Counted from the stretch's first letter, positions 1 through 10,433 are shown. The stretch is DNA of 64,000 bases from Microcoleus sp. (GCA_042408215.1 JAYFMW010000005.1:480001-544000), one strand, 5' to 3'. Numbers and translations: made by a program. Notes: generated by a model not told the origin, from the letters alone.

Positions 1-497
1 AAATCTGCTAGTTCTCGATCGAACGGTAGTAAAACCAATTGCTCAACGCCCATTGCTTCTAGCAATTCTACCTTTTCTGACCCAGGGGTCAGCAATTTTT
101 TAGGTTGACCCGTAAAGAACTCTTGCGGGTGCGGATCGAAAGTCACCACAGTTCCGTAAAGTCGTTCCACCCCATCTGAATCGTAGCCTGAAAGGCTTTT
201 TTCCTCAGCCCTTATCCCTGTATAACCATCAAAATTATGATTCAGGAGCGCGATTGCAGGCGGCTCTGCTGGGTGATTATCCCACGCTGCATCCTGTTCG
301 CGAACCAAATTGTCACCATCACCAACGAGCGATCGCTTCTTTGACCCCGAGGCTGAAATAGCCCCAGAATTGGGCCCAGGCGATCGATTTAAAATTGGCT
401 GCACGACTTGTCGATGCCCTAGGTGCAAACCATCAAAGTTTCCCAAGGCAACGGCAGTTGGAGTCAGAGCAGCAGTACAAGAAGAAGTTACCCACAC
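1..497 (-). CDS. ribF: Bifunctional riboflavin kinase/FAD synthetase, 5' part (runs off window)
   Basis: Manual translation from GTG at 497: MWVTSSCTAALTPTAVALGNFDGLHLGHRQVV...TVVTFDPHPQEFF, the FAD synthetase motifs; not in the ORF track because it is truncated. Confidence 0.9.
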   Translation of the reverse strand, partial: MWVTSSCTAALTPTAVALGNFDGLHLGHRQVVQPILNRSPGPNSGAISASGSKKRSLVGDGDNLVREQDAAWDNHPAEPPAIALLNHNFDGYTGIRAEEKSLSGYDSDGVERLYGTVVTFDPHPQEFFTGQPKKLLTPGSEKVELLEAMGVEQLVLLPFDRELAD

Positions 498-537
498 GCT
501 TTAGATTTTGACACAGGAAAGCCCCCTTGCGATCTTC

Positions 538-563
538 TGATTTGAGATTTGAGATTTGAGATT
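538..563. repeat. Heptamer tandem repeat (GATTTGA)n, STRR type
   Basis: tgatttgagatttgagatttgagatt. Confidence 0.7.
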
Positions 564-619
564 CCAACGATCGACCATCTAAAATCTAAAAACTAAAATT
601 AGATCCTCGCACCTACCCC

Positions 620-1498
620 TCAGACAGACTGCTTGTCAGGAGGAAGCAACTGTAACGACAAACCTTCCCGCGCCATCAAACTGTTCGGGAACCTTTGAGC
701 CACTTGCTCTCCCACCTGGTCTAGGAACTCATCATTATGCAGCGGGTCATGGTGAAAAATCACCAACTTTTTGACATTAGCCGCCTTTGCGAGCTTCACT
801 GCTTCCTGCCAAGTCGAATGTCCCCAGCCGACCTTGCTAGTCTTCTGGGAGTAATATTCTTCATCGGTGTAAGTAGCATCGTAGATCAGCACCTCAGCAT
901 CCCGAGCCAAATACAGCACATTTTCGTCCAAACGGTCTGGATAATGTTCAGTATCAGTCACATAAGCAGCCGCGTACCCCCGCCAGTTAACGCGGTAGCC
1001 CACAGCTTCCCCCGGATGGTTCAATAAAGCAGTTTCCACCTTAATATCCCCTATTTCCAGCGGTTTGCCGACTTCTAGATCGTTAAATTTGAGGTCAGCT
1101 CCCATAATTTGCAGAGGCACCGGAAAATTCGGGTGCAGCATCTGGTCGTTGAGTCGCTGCTGGATAGTAGCTTTATTAGGAGCGATCGCCCCATAGATGT
1201 GAAAACAATTGCCCTTGATAAAAGCTGGGACAAAAAACGGAAATCCTTGAATGTGATCCCAGTGAGAGTGAGTGAAAAACATATGAGCTTCTACGGGCAT
1301 CTGCGACAAGAGAGTTTGTCCCAAAACCCGCAACCCAGTACCGCCGTCGAAAATTAGGCGACTGTCACCCACTCGCATTTCTATACAGGGCGTATTGCCC
1401 CCGTAACGTACTGTTTCAGCTCCGGGAGACGCGATGCTACCTCTAACGCCCCAGAAGTGAACCGTGAATTGGTTTTGCATACTAGACAAATATCTCAT
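620..1498 (-). CDS. MBL-fold metallo-hydrolase (RNase Z/phosphodiesterase-like)
   Basis: FWGVRGS, YGGNT, THSHWDHIQG (HxHxDH) and GHST motifs. Confidence 0.9.
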   Translation of the reverse strand: MRYLSSMQNQFTVHFWGVRGSIASPGAETVRYGGNTPCIEMRVGDSRLIFDGGTGLRVLGQTLLSQMPVEAHMFFTHSHWDHIQGFPFFVPAFIKGNCFHIYGAIAPNKATIQQRLNDQMLHPNFPVPLQIMGADLKFNDLEVGKPLEIGDIKVETALLNHPGEAVGYRVNWRGYAAAYVTDTEHYPDRLDENVLYLARDAEVLIYDATYTDEEYYSQKTSKVGWGHSTWQEAVKLAKAANVKKLVIFHHDPLHNDEFLDQVGEQVAQRFPNSLMAREGLSLQLLPPDKQSV

Positions 1499-1723
1499 GC
1501 TCCTAGTTTACCGAGTCTGACCCCGATCGGGCAAACAGAAATGCCCTCTATCCCCAGCCCCAAGACCTTCGCGACTGCTACTAACGAGAACCAGGTTTAA
1601 TTAACTGAACTCCTCCAATTTAACCCAGTTGTGGTGCGACCAGCCAGTTTTAATCAAAGCTATAATTTAGCTAATATGCTAGTATTGACCGGGTGTCGGG
1701 ATCAATGTTAAAACAATATTTAT

Positions 1724-3030
1724 CAAAAATAGCCTGAAAACCCGATCGACTTTAGTCCAGGGATGAAAGGCAGGAGTAGACTTTACTCTACCAGTGAGAG
1801 CTTTGCCAAATGTGGTAAAATCAATCAACGCAGGTGAAACAAAGTGTACGCCGTACAAAAAGACTTATGGCATTTAACGGGACTCGACAAGACCATAGTT
1901 GAGCAACTGCTCAGATGGTCAAATAGTCTGTTCAATGTTGGTACTTACGAAAGCCGGCAACGATACTTTAAAGACAATAGTGTTGTTAAATACACAGACT
2001 TGTACAAAATAGCCAAGGTTAAAGAAAATTATGGATTGCTCTACTCGCAAGTCGCTCAGCAATCTCTCAAATCTGTCGCCCAAGCTTTGAGTTATTTCCG
2101 AGCATGATCCAAGTTAGCCCTCCAGGGAGAACTTAATCAAAAGCCTAGACTGCCAAGGTACAGAAATAAAGGGGGAATGTACCATGTTTCTTACCCTGGT
2201 CAAGCTCTAAAACTGGTGGGTAATCAAGTCAGGTTGCCTCTGGGAAACAAAGGAAAAGAACATTTTGGCACGGATGCACTTTGGATGCCGTTACCCTAAC
2301 CTATCCAAGGGATAGACCTTAAAGAACTTAGGCTAATCCCTGGAAATGGTAAGGTCTGGGTTGAGTATGTACAGGAATATCTCACCGAAATAGCGCGTAG
2401 TTGTAGTTGGGAAGTGACGGTAATTTTGGGAAGAGATCGTGGCATCAATAACTGGTTAACCTGTGTGTCTAGCGGTAAACCTTTGAGCATTGACGGTCAC
2501 AAAGTAAAATCTGGGAATCAACATTTGAACAAGGAAAGGGCGAGAATTAAAGCCGAACACGCACGGCATAAATTACCTCAAGGTTTCTCGTCAAAAAGAT
2601 GGCAGCATTTGTCATAAATTAGCGCCAGGAGGATGAGAGATGCAGTTAATAAAGCAGTGAAAAACATAGTTCAATACTGCGAAATTGCCAAATTAATGTA
2701 GTTGTATTGGGCGGTAAAAATTGGCTAAAAAAAGAAGTAAATATGGAAAAAAAAACCATCAGATTTTTGTGCATATTCCGACAGCTAAAGTGAAAAAACG
2801 GTTGACTCAAGAATGCGAATTAAGGGGTTGGCGATTTATCGAGCAAGACGAGTCTTATACCTCTAAAACTATTTTTTTATGTCGAGACTTTCTGCCAGTA
2901 AAGGTCAGTGAAAAACCCGACAATTGGCAACTGTCAGGTAAACGAATCAAGGGAGGTTTGTACCGTTCTAGCACGCTCATTGTCGATCGATGCAGACACT
3001 AAGGTTGCGGCCAATATCATTACTTTAAGT
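1724..3030 (+). mobile_element. Decayed IS200/IS605-family tnpB-only element; right end missing
   Basis: TTTAT (1719-1723) followed by left end caaaaatagcctgaaaacccgatcgactttagtccagggatgaaagg, nearly identical to the left end of the 3040-4588 element. Confidence 0.8.
1844..3022 (+). pseudogene. tnpB: tnpB pseudogene, paralogue of 3140-4369
   Basis: ORF pieces 1844-2107, 2414-2617 and 2721-3002 align to the intact TnpB (MYAVQKD.W..., D.GINNWLTCVSS, EQDESYTSK); several stops and frameshifts. Confidence 0.9.
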
Positions 3031-3039
3031 TCTATCTAA

Positions 3040-4588
3040 TTGACACTCCCCGGTCTAAAGACACGGGGATTCTTAAGGATAAACTTTGGGGGATGAATCC
3101 GCCCAAAGTTTAATTCTTAAAGGATTAGTCAGCAACCCTCTACCCACACAGCGAGATCATTGAGTCTATGGCTACTTTTGACTTTCTAATGATATTAGCT
3201 GCACCGTTAACATCTGCATTGATTAACAACCCAGCGCTAGAACAGTACAATCCTCTTTTGATTCTTTTACCCGATGGTTGCCAATTGTCAGGTTTTTCAC
3301 CGACTTTTACTGGCAAAATGTCTCGGTCTAAAAAACTTGCTTTTGATGTGTAAGATTCATCTTGTTCGACAAATCGCCACCCCTTTAAGTCACATTCTTG
3401 TTGGAGCCTTTCTTTGACTTTAGCAGTGGGTATTTGGACAAAGTTCTGATTAGTCACGCCCCCCATATTAACCTCTTGCTTCTGTCCCTTGTTCCAGCCA
3501 AAGACTAAGACGTTGATTTGGTTATTTTCGCAATAATCTACGATGGTTCTAACTGCTTTGTTGACAGCATCTCTCATCCTTCTAGTGCGAGTTTCCGACA
3601 ACTGTTGTAATCTTTTTGACGAGAAACCTTTGGGTAATTTATGTATTGCGTGTTCTGATTGAACTCTCGCTTTTTCTTTGTTAAACCATTGGTTCCAAGA
3701 CTTGAGTCTATGTCCATCAATGATGAAAGGTTTACCATTGCTAGAGACACAAGTTAACCAGTTATTGATGCCATGATCTATTCCCAGAACCCCTGTCACT
3801 TCCAAGCTGCAACTAGGGGCTTGTTCAGTCAGGGATTCGTGGACATATTCGACCCAGACCTCACCATTTCTAGGGATTAACCTGAGTTCTTTGATCTGGC
3901 AATTCTTGATACGTTCAGGTAGTGGAACCCAAATCGCATCTTTCCCAAAGTATTCTTTTCCTTTTTTCCCTAGGGGTAATCTGACTTTATTTCCAATTAC
4001 CTTTAATGCTTGACCGGGATAGGAAACGGGGTACATTCCCCCTTTGGTTCTGTACCTTGGTATTCTCGGTTTTTGATGGATTTTTCCTTGATTTGCCAAC
4101 TTCTCTAAGGCTCGGAAAGAAGTAAAAGATTCCGCGACAGATTTAAGAGATTGCTGGGCAACTTGAGAGTATAGTAACCCATAATTTTCGTTGGTTTTGG
4201 TGATTTTATACAAATCTGGATATTTAACTGCGCTTGGGTTCTTAAAGTATTGTTGCCGACTTTCATAGGTGCCGACATTAAACAGATTATTTGACCATCT
4301 CAAGAGTTGTTCGACAATGGTTTTGTCGAGTCCTTTTAAATGCCAAACATCTTTTTGTACTGCGTACATTTAACTTACTGGCTATTGTGACACTAGGTTT
4401 ATTATATATCGTGAATTAACAAGTTAATTAATCCTCAACAAATCTTTACAATTGTCTCAATTGCTAGAAGTATTTGTCCGGTGACGGTTAAACATTATGT
4501 TATATTGAAACTTACGAACAGGCAGGATAAATCCTGCCACCCCCTTTCATCCCTGGACTAAAGTCACAGGGTTTTCAGGGTATTTCTT
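3040..4588 (-). mobile_element. IS200/IS605-family (IS1341-like) tnpB-only element with both ends; predicted TAM TTTAT
   Basis: Minus strand: TTTAT|aagaaataccctgaaaaccctgtgactttagtccaggg (left end) ... agaatccccgtgtctttagaccggggagtgTCAA (right-end hairpin, ends at 3040). Confidence 0.85.
3140..4369 (-). CDS. tnpB: RNA-guided endonuclease TnpB, rearranged RuvC type
   Basis: LGIDHG (RuvC-I D), VFGWN (G at the usual Glu position), QDESYTS (alternative Glu), NADVNGAANI (RuvC-III D). Confidence 0.93.
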   Translation of the reverse strand: MYAVQKDVWHLKGLDKTIVEQLLRWSNNLFNVGTYESRQQYFKNPSAVKYPDLYKITKTNENYGLLYSQVAQQSLKSVAESFTSFRALEKLANQGKIHQKPRIPRYRTKGGMYPVSYPGQALKVIGNKVRLPLGKKGKEYFGKDAIWVPLPERIKNCQIKELRLIPRNGEVWVEYVHESLTEQAPSCSLEVTGVLGIDHGINNWLTCVSSNGKPFIIDGHRLKSWNQWFNKEKARVQSEHAIHKLPKGFSSKRLQQLSETRTRRMRDAVNKAVRTIVDYCENNQINVLVFGWNKGQKQEVNMGGVTNQNFVQIPTAKVKERLQQECDLKGWRFVEQDESYTSKASFLDRDILPVKVGEKPDNWQPSGKRIKRGLYCSSAGLLINADVNGAANIIRKSKVAIDSMISLCG

Positions 4589-4599
4589 ATAAACTCAAT

Positions 4600-5490
4600 A
4601 TGAATCGAGTCAAACAAACTACAGTAAACCTGACTCCCTCAGTAGTGGAAGTGTCAGAGTGCAGGGAGCAACTTCGATCGCCCGCAAACAGCGAATTGCT
4701 AGCAACAATCACAGAGGCTAAGGCTGTGACGGAATATGCCTGGAACGATCGCCCATCGGCCCCCTCAGTAGCGAGCACCAGGGCTGCGCCCAGGGCTCTG
4801 CACGGCGTTGACTCAAAGGCCCCGGGAAGGCGATCGCCTGTTGTTTCTAGCACTGTTCTGAAGTGGCTGCTAGAGCGTTTGAGTCGATCGAAAAGCTGGG
4901 TAGCAGTTGTGACAGTGACAGCAGTTTGGGGGTGGTGGAACGGTCAGTTGCTGAGTTCTACAGGTGTGGGGATAGGAGTGATGCTACTTGTTTACCGGGC
5001 TGGGTCTTGGAATTGGCAATTGGTGCGATCGAAAGGCGAGCAATTTTGGGAGGGCCCGAACCGCCGCTTGGTTTTAGCCGTAGCTAGTGGCGGCATTGCT
5101 ACCTTGGGAACTTACATGAGTTTTGCGATTTGGGCTGACTCCCAGAGCCTCTGGATGGCTGTGAGCGCGATTTGGCAATACGTGGGTACGATCGCCCTGG
5201 TCGCCCTGTTGCTACGGCAAGCGTTGAACCAGCGTACCTCAAAAGATGAAGCGGTACTCGATCGCATCTTGGCCGATTTGACTGATAGTGACCCCGTGAA
5301 ACGTTTGATAGCAGTGCGACAAATCACCAATTTGGTGAATAATCCGGGGTTTGGTCGAGAGAGTTCGCTCAAAAGTTCGATCGCCACATCCCACGCCCAG
5401 GAATGCTTTCGCCTGATGCTGAGTCGGGAACCTGAAGCTCTAGTCCGCAATGCCCTGCTCGAAAGTTTACAGGCTTTAGACACTCTTTAA
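4600..5490 (+). CDS. Hypothetical membrane protein with C-terminal HEAT/ARM-like helices
   Basis: 296-aa ORF, 3-4 hydrophobic segments, LTDSDPVKRLIAVRQI and REPEALVRNALLESL. Confidence 0.65.
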   Translation: MNRVKQTTVNLTPSVVEVSECREQLRSPANSELLATITEAKAVTEYAWNDRPSAPSVASTRAAPRALHGVDSKAPGRRSPVVSSTVLKWLLERLSRSKSWVAVVTVTAVWGWWNGQLLSSTGVGIGVMLLVYRAGSWNWQLVRSKGEQFWEGPNRRLVLAVASGGIATLGTYMSFAIWADSQSLWMAVSAIWQYVGTIALVALLLRQALNQRTSKDEAVLDRILADLTDSDPVKRLIAVRQITNLVNNPGFGRESSLKSSIATSHAQECFRLMLSREPEALVRNALLESLQALDTL

Positions 5491-6134
5491 AAACCAAAAG
5501 TCAAATCATCCACTACTAGCTGACCGTCAAAAGCGTAAAAAGTAATTCGATAAATATTCGGGGCTTTTACACGCAGGGGAGCGCCCGGGGCGATGGGAGA
5601 ATTAGACCCGACCAGATTCGGTGCAGGCATTTCGTCCTGAGCAATTGGGTTTCCTTCGGCGTCGCCAGCAGATAAAACTGTTCGTCGCGAACTGGTAACC
5701 AGTCCTGACACAAAGCGAACTGGATACTTGAAAGAGACTTCTATCAGTCCACTTTTTGGGGCTCCCATTAAAACTGTTTTCCCAGAAACACTGGGGCTGT
5801 TTTGACAGAAGGCTGGGTTTGAAGGTTGGATTGCTACTGTGTTGGTAAAACTTAGGCCCCAGTATCCAAACTGGTGTTCTACTACTTCAAAGCATTTGAG
5901 GTCTTCTACAGCTAGGCGGATCAGACCGAGTACGGCCGGGGGCATCCGAGACTCTGACGCTGCCTTGGAGCGGTCGGGAGTGGCTACAAAAGCCAATGAG
6001 CCGAGTTGTTTATCGAAGAGATCCGTGCTTCGACAGAGAGTGTCAAATTCTGCGGACTCGTCAGGAAGAATTTTTGCGTCAACCATAGATGTTACCAAAG
6101 AGGCCTTGCGATCCAGTTTCTTGAGCAGTTGCAT
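5487..6134 (-). CDS. Hypothetical protein
   Basis: 215-aa ORF with upstream GGAGG; convergent 4-bp stop overlap with the previous gene. Confidence 0.65.
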   Translation of the reverse strand: MQLLKKLDRKASLVTSMVDAKILPDESAEFDTLCRSTDLFDKQLGSLAFVATPDRSKAASESRMPPAVLGLIRLAVEDLKCFEVVEHQFGYWGLSFTNTVAIQPSNPAFCQNSPSVSGKTVLMGAPKSGLIEVSFKYPVRFVSGLVTSSRRTVLSAGDAEGNPIAQDEMPAPNLVGSNSPIAPGAPLRVKAPNIYRITFYAFDGQLVVDDLTFGF

Positions 6135-6397
6135 TATGAGTAGACCTCCCTGAGATTATTGCTGTTTTTGTCTTGTAGAATTTATAACGGCGCTGCCAAT
6201 GATTCCCGGCACCCCCAGTTAGGGATCGGTATGCGATCGGTATGTTGTCGAAGAGCCGATCGTCAGCCCTGTAACAAACACCTTCGACATCAAAAGTAGC
6301 TGCTCCGCAAATATTGTCGAAGAGATGGTGATTAATTATGTTGTCGATCGGGTTCTTGGCGATCGACAGCAAACCTGCCGTCTACCCGCAACCGATC

Positions 6398-6665
6398 GGT
6401 ATTGTAAAACTTCATTAAGATTGTAAGCATCAATAGACAATGGTAGTATCATATAGTCAGAAGGGTCGATTGATTAACGCCGATGTTAACGGGTCTTACA
6501 ATATTTTGAGAAAAGCAATCCCAAATGCGTTTAGCACTCTTGATAGAGAGCTGCGTAGTTCAGCTTTAGAAGGGTTAATCCGCTCGAAGTGAAAGCGAAA
6601 GGGGAGGGACTCAACGCCTCCCATGGCACTGTAATAGATGACTATACTTTTACCAGCTATTTGAT
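6398..6665 (+). mobile_element. Internally deleted tnpB derivative keeping only the tnpB 3' end / putative omegaRNA region (ends approximate)
   Basis: From about 6460 translates GRLINADVNGSYNILRKAIPNAF (TnpB RuvC-III tail); GGGAGG...CCTCCC hairpin at 6602-6622. Confidence 0.65.
6421..6449 (+). promoter_or_regulatory. Putative sigma70 promoter upstream of the tnpB tail remnant
   Basis: TTGTAA-17 nt-TAGTAT with TG extended -10. Confidence 0.35.
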
Positions 6666-6999
6666 CAAAGTATGTTATCGAAGAGAGGCACACCGGGGCG
6701 CTGGCTTTCTGGGTCGGCGAACCGACTGTGGCAAAGTGAGGGGTAAGACCCCTCACTTTGCTATTATCGCCGAAAGGAGGTAGTTTTGCAAGGGTGAGCA
6801 GTATGCGATCGAAGAGGGCACAGCCCGATCGACCAAAATCTCACAACTTAGTTCCTGCCTGTAGTTTCACGGATCGACCTGTACAGTGTGTGATCGAAGA
6901 GGTTCTGGAAGAGTACCTTCCTGTTGACCAAATCCTGAAAAAACATTGACAAACCTTGACAATAGAGATCGGCTTGGTGAGTACACAACTTTAACGTAA

Positions 7000-7728
7000 A
7001 TGCCGAAATATACATCACCGAGTGAAACGGCGGAATACTTTGGTGTCTGCCTACATACCTTGAGAAGATGGGAAAAAGACGGCAAGATTGAAGCAATAAG
7101 GACACCATCAGGGCAAAGACGATATGATATCGCGTCAATCGATTTTAGATTTTAGATTTTAGATTTTAGATTTACCCCACGTATAAATGCGGGGGCTTGA
7201 GGATTTTAGATTTGGGATTTTGGATTGATTCCACGGATAAATCCGGGGGCTTGTACCACCTTTGAAATTATTGGTCATACACGGGAATATCAAATGAGAG
7301 AACGCAACGGGCAATTATCGCTTACGCCCGCGTTTCAAGTCGATCCCAAAAAGCAAACCTCGATCGTCAAGCTGCAAAACTGCTCGAACTCTATCCCAAC
7401 GCCGAACTCATTACTGATATCGCCAGTGGTCTTAATTTCAAAAGAACAGGACTTAGAACCGTTTTGGAACGAGTCCGTCGAGGCGATGTCGGATCTATTG
7501 TGGTTGCCCCACAAAGACAGACTTGCCCGTTTCGGGTTTGAACTCATCTCTTGGTTGTGCGAACTTGACGGTACAAAAATCTTGGTTCTCAACCAAGACG
7601 GTTGATCCCCAGAACGAGAATTGGTTGAGGACATCCTTGCCATTGTTCATGTTTTCAGTTGCCGACTCGGAGGACTTAGGAAGTATAAGTCTGCAATCAA
7701 AGAAGATCCGGATTTATCCAAGTGCTGA
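7000..7728 (+). pseudogene. tnpA: IS607 TnpA serine recombinase pseudogene
   Basis: MPKYTSPSETAEYFGVCLHTLRRWEKDGKI (MerR-like HTH)...IIAYARVSSRSQK...DIASGLNFKR...HKDRLARFGF; broken by a 140-bp insert, a +1 frameshift near 7508 and TGA at 7603. Confidence 0.9.
7138..7277. mobile_element. 140-bp STRR plus palindrome insertion inside IS607 tnpA
   Basis: (GATTTTA)n and two copies of CCAC..ATAAAT..GGGGGCTTG; GTCA direct repeat at 7134-7137 and 7274-7277; removal restores DIAS-YTG. Confidence 0.8.
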
Positions 7729-8830
7729 ACTGGAAAAAACTTGGAAAAAATGGCTTGGGGCTTGTCGTTATTGTTTCAATCAAGCAATAGCTATGCAGCG
7801 TCAATCAACTACTCGCATCGGCAAGTTGAAATTATGAAATCTGGGAATGCAATCCGATTTACCTCAGTGGGTTAAAGAAACGCCTTGTCATATCAGACAA
7901 AACGCGATTTTTGACGCACATCAAGCATATAGGGCGAGTGGTGATGCCCAATTCCGAAGCATCCGTAACCCACGCCAAATAATCAAATTCAATGAGTCCA
8001 ACTTCACCAAAGGGACATGGTATAGTCAATTAACAAAAACACTTAAGTTTAAGACAAGTGAACCAATACCGTCTCAATGTGATTATGGAACTCAATTAGT
8101 ATATAGACGTGGTAAATGGTTTGCGATCTTTCCTGAACCCGTAAACCTCACTAATCCATCCTCAAAGAAGATAATTGCCTTAGATCCTGGGGTAAGAACC
8201 TTTTTAACCGGATATGACGGCGATAAAGTAATTGAAATTGGCAACGGTGACATGGGACGAATCACTCGAAATTGTCAACATTTAGATGATTTAGTTAGTC
8301 GTTCAACGAAGGTAAATGCCAAGCAACGCCGTTCAATGAGAAAAGCGGCTAATCGGATTCGAGAAAAGATCAAAGACTTAATTGACGAAGTGCATAAAAA
8401 AGCAGCACATTATCTGACTACTAACTATGGTTTAATTTTTCTACCTCGCTTCGAGTCTTCCGAAATGGTAGCCAAGTCGAGACGAAAGATTCATACCAAA
8501 ACAGTCAGAAATATGCTGACTTGGGCACATTATCGCTTTAAGTTAGTCCTAAAACATCAAGCCGCAAAGCGTGGTTGCGTGGTGCTTGATGTCGGCGAAA
8601 GTCATACATCTAAAACCTGTGGTGCGTGTGGACATCGCCATGCATCTCTAGGTGGTGCGAAAATACACAAGTGTCCTCACTGTGGTAGTCAAACACAACG
8701 AGATGCAAATGGCGCACGCAATATTATGTTGCGTGCTTTGAGGGATTCCTCCTTTACTGTCAGCAATGATGGTATTGCTATAGTTACAGTCCAAGCATTG
8801 TCAATCAATGCTAAGGAATGTTCAGCTTAA
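7688..8830 (+). pseudogene. tnpB: IS607 TnpB with premature stop at 7835-7837 (start approximate)
   Basis: LQSKKIRIYP..GACRYCFN then KL*NLGM; ALDPG, LPRFE, GESHTSKTCGAC, CPHC, RDANGARNI. Confidence 0.88.
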
Positions 8831-8861
8831 ATGAATCAGCTAACAGCGATTGAGGTTATTT

Positions 8862-9767
8862 ATGCTTGTGCCCATCGGATTCGGTCAGCGATCGATAGTT
8901 ACTTCCCTCGGCAGAATGGTGTACTACACTGCCGCTCAAATGCCTTGGATGAGGTTGCCCACCTCCGGCTCGGACAATTTGCCTAATTTGGTATTTTTCC
9001 ACGGTTTTGGGGGCGGGTCTAGTGCCTACGAATGGTCTAAAGTTTATCCAGCTTTTGCGGCTGAATATCGAATTCTAGCACCAGATTTAATCGGTTGGGG
9101 ACGCTCCGAACATCCGCCGATAAATTACAAGGTTGAGGATTATATCACAACTTTGATAAAATTTCTGGAAAAAACTTGCGGGAGTGCGACCAATGTGATT
9201 GCTTCTTCGCTGACGGGGGCGATCGCCATCCGAGCTGCGATCGCGCGTCCCGATCTTTTCAAATCCCTAATTTTGACGATCCCCAGCGGTTTGTCCGACT
9301 TTGGAGAAGATTACAGCCGTAGTTTCTTCGCTCAGATAGTCAGCACGCCGATTTTAGACCGCTTACTCTACAGTACAGGAATTGCCACAGACGGGGGCAT
9401 CCGCAGTTTCTTAGAGCAGCGCCAATTTGCCGATGCTTCCAGAGTTTATCAAGAAATCGTAGATGCTTATTTAGAATCTGCCACGCAGCCAAATGCAGAA
9501 TACGCAGCTCTCTCTTTTGTGCGGGGAGATTTGTGCTTTGATTTGTCACTGTACATCAGTGAGCTAACAACACCTACAGCGATTATTTGGGGAGAAAAAT
9601 CGAAGTTTACCGGCCCCGATATCGGCCAGCGGTTGGCAAATTTGAACCCCACAGCAGTGAAAGTATTTCAAACTCTGGAAGATGTAGGTTTGACGCCACA
9701 GCTAGAAATTCCGGCTGTGACGATCGGCTTAATCCGGCAATATTTAAGCTTGCTTTCGGAAGGGTGA
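8862..9767 (+). CDS. Alpha/beta-fold hydrolase
   Basis: FFHGFGGG, APDLIGWGRS, IASSLTG, IIWGE. Confidence 0.88.
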   Translation: MLVPIGFGQRSIVTSLGRMVYYTAAQMPWMRLPTSGSDNLPNLVFFHGFGGGSSAYEWSKVYPAFAAEYRILAPDLIGWGRSEHPPINYKVEDYITTLIKFLEKTCGSATNVIASSLTGAIAIRAAIARPDLFKSLILTIPSGLSDFGEDYSRSFFAQIVSTPILDRLLYSTGIATDGGIRSFLEQRQFADASRVYQEIVDAYLESATQPNAEYAALSFVRGDLCFDLSLYISELTTPTAIIWGEKSKFTGPDIGQRLANLNPTAVKVFQTLEDVGLTPQLEIPAVTIGLIRQYLSLLSEG

Positions 9768-9905
9768 AGAAGTTGGTTGGCAGTTGGTAGTTGGGAGTGG
9801 TTATTAGTTCTTAGTTATTGGTGATTGGTGATTGGTTATTTGTGAGTTGCTACCAAGGCCCAAGGCCCAAGGTCCAAGGCCCAATTAGCAGTTACCAATT
9901 ACCAA

Positions 9906-10433
9906 TTACTCTTTGACGCGCACGTCAATGACGCTGACATTGAAAATATAATTCTTGCCTTCAACTTCGAGTGTAGTGCCAATTTTGACTTTCGTATTCC
10001 CTAAAACCGGGCCATTCTCAGTGAGTTGACCTTTTCCCTCTAAAGTAAACATCATATTTCGGCTAAAAGATTCTTCTTCTCGGGGATCGGGTACAGCTTT
10101 CAAGGTGCCGTTGGGCTGAGGAACTGCTAGGGTTCTGGTGATGGTTTTGGCAGATTTGATGGTAATCTGACCAGAGGGTTGGTTGCGGATCACCACATTG
10201 ATTTTATCGCCCGGTTTGAACAAGTCTTGAACGTTCTTTCCTTTGAGACCGAGCGCAATGGCATCGATCTCTATGGCTTTGAGGCTGGTGCCGCCGACTT
10301 GGGCGACGGAACCGCCAGAAGTGCCGGGAAAGAAGAAGATGCCGACTGCAACTAGCAGGATAATCAGAGCAGCAGCTACGTCTAGGATGCTGAGTTTGCT
10401 GAACAGGCGACCTTGTGAATCCAAAATTTTCAT
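9906..10433 (-). CDS. DUF4330-like cyanobacterial membrane-anchored protein
   Basis: MKILDSQGRLF.K.SILD plus TM helix, VIRNQP, VPQPNG, KVKIG. Confidence 0.8.
   Translation of the reverse strand: MKILDSQGRLFSKLSILDVAAALIILLVAVGIFFFPGTSGGSVAQVGGTSLKAIEIDAIALGLKGKNVQDLFKPGDKINVVIRNQPSGQITIKSAKTITRTLAVPQPNGTLKAVPDPREEESFSRNMMFTLEGKGQLTENGPVLGNTKVKIGTTLEVEGKNYIFNVSVIDVRVKE

Larger units (their letters stand above)
6933..8827 (+). mobile_element. Inactivated IS607-family element (ends approximate)
   Basis: Serine-recombinase tnpA overlapping tnpB; repeated TTGACA motifs at the left end and TTGTCAA at the right end. Confidence 0.8.

Noticed and set aside
6003..6901. 17-bp motif as a degenerate CRISPR array
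   Set aside because: Spacing is irregular (about 69-361 bp), the repeat is too short, and one copy is inside a CDS
7225..7605. 126-aa ORF as an independent gene
   Set aside because: Off-frame reading of IS607 tnpA that joins the true frame only after the frameshift
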